The position numbers were made by a program, and so were the translations under genes. This document shows, piece by piece, positions 55,265 through 60,658 of a stretch of 60,658 nt of DNA. Position 1 is the first letter of the stretch. Each line of letters starts with the position of its first letter. The notes below the pieces were generated by a model. It was not told the DNA's origin, searched no databases, and saw only the letters and a program-made list of their open reading frames with translations. Source of the DNA: Dehalococcoidales bacterium. Lineage in GTDB: Bacteria; Chloroflexota; Dehalococcoidia; Dehalococcoidales; BS750m-G39. Location: the NCBI GenBank assembly GCA_023129255.1, contig JAGMCH010000060.1:1-60658 (forward strand), given 5' to 3'.

Positions 55265-56950
55265 CTATACTTCTACCACTCCCAGGTCGGTTAGCCTGAT
55301 TTCAGGAATTACTGGCAGAGCCAGGAAGGAGAGAGTGGCGAAGGGTGAAGATAGCTTCGTGCCCAGTTCAGCGGCTATTTTCTCCAGTCTCTCCAATTTA
55401 CTGACTACCACCTCCAGCGGCTCATTAGATAATAGTCCGGCAACAGGTAGAGCTAAGCTGGCTAATACCTTGCCCCCGGCAGCCGCCACCAGACCACCCT
55501 GCAAGCGTTCAATCTCCTCGATGGCGGTGAATACATCCTCATCATTGGTGCCGACGGCAATGATGTTATGAGAATCGTGGGCAATAGATGAGGCCAGAGC
55601 CCCTTTCTTTAAGCCAAAGCCGGCGACCAGCCCCAGACCGATGTTTCCTGTAGCCTTATGCCTCTCCACTACCGCCAGCTTCAGAATATCCCTCCCGGTA
55701 TCAGGCATAATAGTCCCGCGGGTAGCCTTGATTTTCTCCATCTTCTTCCTGGTGATTATCTGACCGGGGACAATCTCAATAATCGGCTCGGCTTCCCCTG
55801 AAGGTGAGAGCTTTAGTGCCTCTATAGTGAAGGGCTTAATATTCACGGTATTGGTCAGCCCTCTGCCGGTGGCTTTAGGCGTGGGGAATAGTGGCTCCCC
55901 TTCTTTAGCTACCAGGCGACCCCGATAGAAGACCATGTCTATTTGCAACCGGGATAAATCACTGAGCACAATTAAATCAGCCATAAAGCCGGGGGCTACC
56001 GCCCCCAGCCCGTCCCGCCGGAAATAATCTGCCGGATTGATAGTAGCTAGCTGAATAGCCCGCACCGGGTCAAGCCCGAGACGGATTGCCTTTCGCACTA
56101 CCCCGTCAATATCACCGTCCTTGAGCAGGTCAACACAACTGCGGTCATCAACGACAAACAGGCACCTTTTGTAGGTTTTATCAGTGACCAGTGGCAGCAG
56201 GGCATCCAGGTTTTTCTCCGAGGAGCCCTCCCTAATCATGATAAACATGCCCTGCCTCAGCTTTTCTTTAGCCTCATCCAGAGAAACAGACTCATGGTCG
56301 GAATAAATACCGGCGACAATATAGGCGCTTAAGTTCTTCCCGGCGAGGCCGGGGGCATGACCATCAATAATCTTCCGCCGGCCAAGGCTGATTTTCTTGA
56401 GCACTTCCTCATCACCACCGATAACGCCGGGGAAATTCATTACCTCACCCAACCCGATGCAGTCCTTCCAGCCTAGAACCTGGCGGATATCTTCAGCACC
56501 GAGGCTGGCGCCCGAGGTTTCCAGGCGAGTGGCTGGCACACAGGAAGGAGCCATCAGGAACAGGTTAAAAGGCAAACGGCGGGCGCAGTTCAACACATAC
56601 CTTATGCCCTCCAGACCACAGACGTTAGCTATTTCATGGAGGTCGGTGACCAGGGTGGTGGTGCCGTGGGGCACCACTGCCCGGGCATATTGACCGATAT
56701 CAAGCATAGAGCTTTCGGGATGAATGTGCCCGTTGATAAGACCGGGGGCAATATATCTTCTCCCCAAGTCCAGCACCTGCTTCCCCTCCTGGTAGTCCCC
56801 CACCCCGGCTATCCTCTCCCCACAGATAGCTACATTGCCAGGTTCAATCTCACCGGTAAAGACATTAACTACCTCGGCGTTAGCCAGGAGCAGGTCGGCG
56901 GGGAGCTCCCCCTTGGCTACCGAGATTAAGCGAGCCAATGTGGTTGGCAT
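55265..56950 (-). CDS. ade: Adenine deaminase
   Basis: Amidohydrolase metal motif GLINGHIHPESS. Ade-type central and C-terminal domains (..IIAVGTNDEDVFTAIEEI..). 561 aa. Confidence 0.88.
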   Translation of the reverse strand: MPTTLARLISVAKGELPADLLLANAEVVNVFTGEIEPGNVAICGERIAGVGDYQEGKQVLDLGRRYIAPGLINGHIHPESSMLDIGQYARAVVPHGTTTLVTDLHEIANVCGLEGIRYVLNCARRLPFNLFLMAPSCVPATRLETSGASLGAEDIRQVLGWKDCIGLGEVMNFPGVIGGDEEVLKKISLGRRKIIDGHAPGLAGKNLSAYIVAGIYSDHESVSLDEAKEKLRQGMFIMIREGSSEKNLDALLPLVTDKTYKRCLFVVDDRSCVDLLKDGDIDGVVRKAIRLGLDPVRAIQLATINPADYFRRDGLGAVAPGFMADLIVLSDLSRLQIDMVFYRGRLVAKEGEPLFPTPKATGRGLTNTVNIKPFTIEALKLSPSGEAEPIIEIVPGQIITRKKMEKIKATRGTIMPDTGRDILKLAVVERHKATGNIGLGLVAGFGLKKGALASSIAHDSHNIIAVGTNDEDVFTAIEEIERLQGGLVAAAGGKVLASLALPVAGLLSNEPLEVVVSKLERLEKIAAELGTKLSSPFATLSFLALPVIPEIRLTDLGVVEV

Positions 56951-57483
56951 TACCCCTTATCCTCCACGACATATATATCGGGAAGATGGCGAAACCTCTC
57001 ATCCCAATCCAAGCCATAGCCGACGATAAACTTGTCAGGGACAGTTAATCCACGGTAATCAATATTAACCGGGGTCTTTCGCCGGGCGGGCTTATCGGTC
57101 AGAACGCAGAGCTTCAGTGAGGCTGGCTTTTTCTGGCGCAGATAATCCAGAAGAAAATCGGCGGTGAGCCCGGTATCTATGATATCCTCAATGACCAGAA
57201 CGTGCCTGCCTCTAACTTCAGACTGAAGACCCTGCACCACCTTAATTTTCCCTGAACTCTCCCTGCCGCCGCCGTAGCTGGAAAGCCGGATAAACTCCAC
57301 CTCCAGCGGGAAATCAAGAAGCCGAATAAGGTCTGCCAGGAACATAAAGGAGCCCTTGAGAACGGCTATCAAGACGGGGTTTTTGCTGAGGTAATCCTGC
57401 CTGATTTCAGCCGCCAGCTTGTTAACGGTGGCTGCTATCTCATCCCTGGTGAAAAGGACGCTGAGTTTGACTTCAGAACCCAT
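56950..57483 (-). CDS. hpt: Hypoxanthine(-guanine) phosphoribosyltransferase
   Basis: PRPP-binding VLVIEDIIDTGLT and the FIVGYGLDW motif. 1-nt overlap with ade. Confidence 0.92.
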   Translation of the reverse strand: MGSEVKLSVLFTRDEIAATVNKLAAEIRQDYLSKNPVLIAVLKGSFMFLADLIRLLDFPLEVEFIRLSSYGGGRESSGKIKVVQGLQSEVRGRHVLVIEDIIDTGLTADFLLDYLRQKKPASLKLCVLTDKPARRKTPVNIDYRGLTVPDKFIVGYGLDWDERFRHLPDIYVVEDKG

Positions 57484-57546
57484 AGCTACCTGAGATTATA
57501 GTCCTTACCCCTAATCCTGTCCATCTATCCCCATTTTGAAGTTTTG

Positions 57547-57690
57547 TTTTTCTTCCCATACCCTCCCGCCCTCAAAGGCATAGCCTTTAAAAATCTCTTT
57601 CCCCACTCCCCAGAGGAGAGAGATTAGCCACCTTATCCCCCATAAAGGAGGGTAAAGAGGTCAGACCTTTGTAGGGTGGGAAAAACAACA
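57547..57690. repeat. Degenerate member of the GC-rich repeat family
   Basis: Contains TTTTTCTTCCCATACCCTCCCGCCCT, AAAGGCATAGCCTTT, TATCCCCCATAAAGGAGGG and AGAGGTCAGACCTTTG. Confidence 0.6.
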
Positions 57691-57695
57691 CCCGC

Positions 57696-58496
57696 TTATT
57701 TTTGGTGATTAGCACTCCCCTTGGGCATAATCACTATGTGGGGGGTGCCGGTTAGGGGGTGCTGCTCCACTCTAACCAATGCCGAAAAGACCTCGCTTAT
57801 TCTAGCCTCGGTTAAAACCTGATTCGGAGTTCCATCAGCCCAAACCCTGCCCTCTTTGAGCAAGATTAAGCGGTCAAAGTAGAGCGATGCCAGGTTAAGG
57901 TCGTGCATGGCGGCAATGATAGTAAGCCCCTGCCCCGTATTGAGCTCTCTCACCAGCTCCAGGATTTCCATCTGGTGGGCGATATCCAGATGCACTGTGG
58001 GCTCATCAAGGAGCAGCAGCTTGGGCTGCTGAGCTAGTGCCATAGCCAGGATAACCTTCTGCCGTTCCCCTCCGCTCAGCTCATTAAAACGACGCTCCGC
58101 CAGCTCGCTGATGCCAACTAGCTCTAAAGCATTATTGACCAATCGCCTATCAGCTTCACTTTCCTCAGCCAGGGCTCTGAGGAAGGGGGTTCTGCCTAGC
58201 ATAACTATCTCGCCGGTGGTAAAGGCAAAGGGTATATGAAATTGTTGTGGCACCACGGCTACCTTGCGGGCGATATACTTTCGGCTCAACTGGCTTATGC
58301 TATATCCATCAAGCCTTATTTCCCCTTGAGCGGGCTTCAAAATGCCGCTGGCCAGCTTGAGCAGGGTGGTCTTGCCCGAGCCATTGGGACCAAGCAAGCC
58401 CACTATCTCACCAGCCTTAACTGAAAGGTCGATTTTATGCAAAACCAGCCCATCAAGGTAAGAGAAGTCAACCTGGCTAATCTGCAAGCTAATCAT
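57696..58496 (-). CDS. ABC transporter ATP-binding protein (FecE/BtuD type)
   Basis: Walker A GPNGSGKTT, signature LSGGERQ, Walker B LLLDEPT. 1-nt overlap with the permease. Confidence 0.9.
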   Translation of the reverse strand: MISLQISQVDFSYLDGLVLHKIDLSVKAGEIVGLLGPNGSGKTTLLKLASGILKPAQGEIRLDGYSISQLSRKYIARKVAVVPQQFHIPFAFTTGEIVMLGRTPFLRALAEESEADRRLVNNALELVGISELAERRFNELSGGERQKVILAMALAQQPKLLLLDEPTVHLDIAHQMEILELVRELNTGQGLTIIAAMHDLNLASLYFDRLILLKEGRVWADGTPNQVLTEARISEVFSALVRVEQHPLTGTPHIVIMPKGSANHQK

Positions 58497-59542
58497 CAGA
58501 AAGCGTACTCCTTTCTGGTGCGCCTTAGCAGGTAAAGGAAAAATGGAGCCCCGATAATGGCGGTGATAATCCCCACCGGAATTTCTGTCGGAGCCATGAT
58601 GGTACGAGCCAGAAGGTCGGCGATAATTACAAAGGCACCTCCGCCCAGTGCCGCCGCTGGCAGGAGAAATCGATGGTCAGGCCCAAAGCTCAACCGCATG
58701 GCATGGGGCACTACCAGCCCAACAAAACCAATCAAACCACTAATGGAAACGGCGGCTGCGGTGAGCAGAGAGCCCAAAGACAGGATAAGTATTTTATCCC
58801 TCTCCACCTCAACCCCTAGATAGGCAGCCCCCTCCTCCCCTAGGGAAAGAGCATTCAGATGGAAGGCAAAAAATCGGGCGCCGATAATACCACCGATGAC
58901 CAGTGGGGCAATAACCGCTATCTGCTCCCAGCCGGTTACTGAGATATGACCCAGAAGGAAGGAATAAACTGACTGGAGATTTAGCTGTAGGCGGTCGCTT
59001 AAAGATATCAAAAGTGCCATAATGGCTGCCATTAAGGAGCTAACCACCACCCCGGCTAAGAGCATACTTATGATAGGCGTCTTGCCCCCCACCCTAGCCA
59101 GATTATAGACCAGGAACACTGTAGCCAGGGCGCCACCAAAGGCGGCTATCGGCACCAGGCCAAAGCCGAGGAAAGCCAGATTTATCGGCAGTAACATGGC
59201 TATGGTAGCTCCCAGAGCAGCTCCGGCTGAGGTGCCTATGATGTAAGGGTCAGCCATGGGATTGCGCAGTAAGCCTTGAAACAGTACTCCCGCCGTAGCC
59301 AGAGCCATTCCCACCAGTGCCCCGCCGATTACCCTGGGCAGCCTAATCTGGAAGATTATCGTTTCCTCTGCCGCCCTCCACGTCGATGGAAAATCAAAAA
59401 TAGCCACCTTATTAAGCGCCATCTTTACTATATCAGGCAAAGAGATAGATACTGCTCCAAAGGCGCTAGCCAGAAATAGGGCGGCTATCAGGCTGACTCC
59501 CAGCAGGGACAAAACCAGGATTAGCTTATTACGGCGTCTCAA
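58496..59542 (-). CDS. FecCD/BtuC-family ABC permease (corrinoid or iron-chelate uptake)
   Basis: 348 aa with ~10 TM helices. FecCD-family motifs (..RLPRVIGGALVG.., ..GIITAIIGAPFFLYLL..). TTG start after GGGGG. Controlled by a cobalamin riboswitch. Confidence 0.88.
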   Translation of the reverse strand: MRRRNKLILVLSLLGVSLIAALFLASAFGAVSISLPDIVKMALNKVAIFDFPSTWRAAEETIIFQIRLPRVIGGALVGMALATAGVLFQGLLRNPMADPYIIGTSAGAALGATIAMLLPINLAFLGFGLVPIAAFGGALATVFLVYNLARVGGKTPIISMLLAGVVVSSLMAAIMALLISLSDRLQLNLQSVYSFLLGHISVTGWEQIAVIAPLVIGGIIGARFFAFHLNALSLGEEGAAYLGVEVERDKILILSLGSLLTAAAVSISGLIGFVGLVVPHAMRLSFGPDHRFLLPAAALGGGAFVIIADLLARTIMAPTEIPVGIITAIIGAPFFLYLLRRTRKEYAF

Positions 59543-59570
59543 TTCAATAAACCCCCAAGTAGCTATTTGA

Positions 59571-59780
59571 TATAAAAATCCCCTCGTCTGCAGAACAAGG
59601 GGATTCCCATCATCTATAATCTGCCCCCCTTCTCCGCGGAGGCGACACCAATTAGGGGCTAGTGTTCTGACTTATGAGGTCTAAAACCTCAATCACAGCA
59701 GGCGGGACTGTGGCGGATTTGCACCGCACTTGCCTTCCATTTAAGCCCTCGCTCGTGCAAGGGCACCCCTGTAGCTCTAT
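59571..59780 (-). ncRNA. Cobalamin (B12) riboswitch with terminator-type expression platform
   Basis: Minus strand reads ..AGGGGTGCCC..GAGGGCTTAAATGGAAGGCAAGTGCGGTGCAAATCCGCCACAGTCCCGCCTGCTGTGA..AGTCAGAACACTAGCCCCT. These are the conserved core and a B12-box-like GCCTGCTG. The terminator AATCCCC..GGGGATT plus TTTATAT follows (59571-59608). Confidence 0.85.
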
Positions 59781-59837
59781 TCAGTTTTACTAGAGCATAT
59801 CAAAAAGGCGAGCCAAAGTCAACTTAACTGGTTTGAT

Positions 59838-60658
59838 TTAATCAGGCTTATCGCTGGCGGTAAAGAATGTTTTGGTCAACTGCCCGGTTTTCATCTTCTT
59901 CACTTTAACTTGGGGCAGCAGTTTTTCCACATCAGCCTTGCGGGCTAGTTCCGTGCCCGGGGTTAACACGGCGGCAGTCCCCATAGCTACCGCTAATCGG
60001 CAGGCTTCGGCTAATGGCTCTTCATTGGCCAGCTTCAGGGCAAGACCAGCAATAGCGCAATCGCCGGCTCCCACCGCACTTCGTACCTTTACCGGGGGTG
60101 GAACTGCCTTCAGGAGCTCTTTCTTGGTGGCGGCAATGATGCCATCTTTACCTCTGGAGATAACCACTATTTCAATGTCCATGTCAACTAGGTCAAGTGC
60201 TGCCTTGATGATTGCCTCTTCGGTGTGGAGCTCCCGGTTGAGCAGTCCCTCAGATTCCCGGACATTGGGCTTGATGAGGTAGGGCTTAGCTTTTATACCC
60301 TCCGCTAGCCATTGGGTATCAGCGTCCAGAATAGTTTTTACCCCAAAGGCTTTAGCTTCTATAGTTATGGTGTAATAAACATCGCCGGGGATGCCCGGGG
60401 GCACACTGCCGCCAGCCACGATTAAATCGGGACGGGGGCGAATCCGCAGCATTTTCATGCGGAACCTCTCAAACTCTCCCTTAGAAATATGGGGACCGGG
60501 AGCATCAATTCTGGTCTGCTGGGAGCTTTTGCTATCGGTGATGATGAAGTTAGTCCGTGTCTCCCGCTGGATAGGGGTGAAGCTGAAGGGCACCCCTTCT
60601 TCATCAAGCAATATTTCCACCGCCCGACCTATGGTGCCACCGATAAATCCGTAGGCTG
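59838..60658 (-). CDS. PfkB-family sugar kinase (1-phosphofructokinase-like), 5'-partial at the window edge
   Basis: C-terminal GAGDCAIAG anion-hole motif and a DTQW..LIKPN pattern. The frame stays open to the window end (..AYGFIGGTIGRAVEILL..), so the true start is outside the window. Confidence 0.8.
   Translation of the reverse strand, partial: AYGFIGGTIGRAVEILLDEEGVPFSFTPIQRETRTNFIITDSKSSQQTRIDAPGPHISKGEFERFRMKMLRIRPRPDLIVAGGSVPPGIPGDVYYTITIEAKAFGVKTILDADTQWLAEGIKAKPYLIKPNVRESEGLLNRELHTEEAIIKAALDLVDMDIEIVVISRGKDGIIAATKKELLKAVPPPVKVRSAVGAGDCAIAGLALKLANEEPLAEACRLAVAMGTAAVLTPGTELARKADVEKLLPQVKVKKMKTGQLTKTFFTASDKPD

Overview
The window looks like a bacterial chromosome segment, possibly Chloroflexota/Dehalococcoidia-like. 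That placement rests only on gene content (a bacterial Elp3, riboswitch-controlled corrinoid uptake, acidic lipoprotein linkers). All calls come from reading motifs in the ORF track and the DNA; no database search was run.

Gene content, left to right:
- 1-8.4 kb: a five-gene peptide/nickel-type ABC importer followed by an AprA/AprB-like flavoprotein-ferredoxin pair.
- ~8.4-29.3 kb: a mosaic, visibly more A+T-rich accessory island. It contains an S49/SDH ClpP-fold protease with a small acidic partner, and three receiver-only response regulators (one decayed, one lacking a canonical start). It also contains an Xis/MerR-like HTH and a 1089-aa STAND-TPR-SARP regulator divergent from a B12-radical SAM enzyme. 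An unannotated 25-codon Cys/Tyr-rich ORF sits 8 nt after the radical SAM stop. The island ends with a large serine recombinase and a head-only prophage remnant (terS, terL, portal, scaffold, 5' capsid stub).
- Within the remnant, a ~4 kb cassette sits between terL and portal: Ig-repeat surface protein, NYN nuclease, DUF4258/DUF2283 pair and AbiV-HEPN.
- 29.3-60.7 kb: housekeeping genes. These include COG1579-rnhA-RNase P RNA, Ctp protease, Elp3 divergent from a Trm9-like methyltransferase, a GNAT/deacetylase cluster and an ECF sigma module. They also include queH, ruvB, rpoC-rpoB, tRNA-Leu(UAG), ade-hpt, a cobalamin-riboswitch BtuCD-type transporter and a partial pfkB-family kinase.

Structure not explained by genes:
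- A dispersed multi-hairpin GC-rich repeat family with textbook G-quadruplex motifs.
- A 7 x 48-nt tandem repeat encoding an acidic RpoB tail.
- Two conserved genes that seem to start at AUA.
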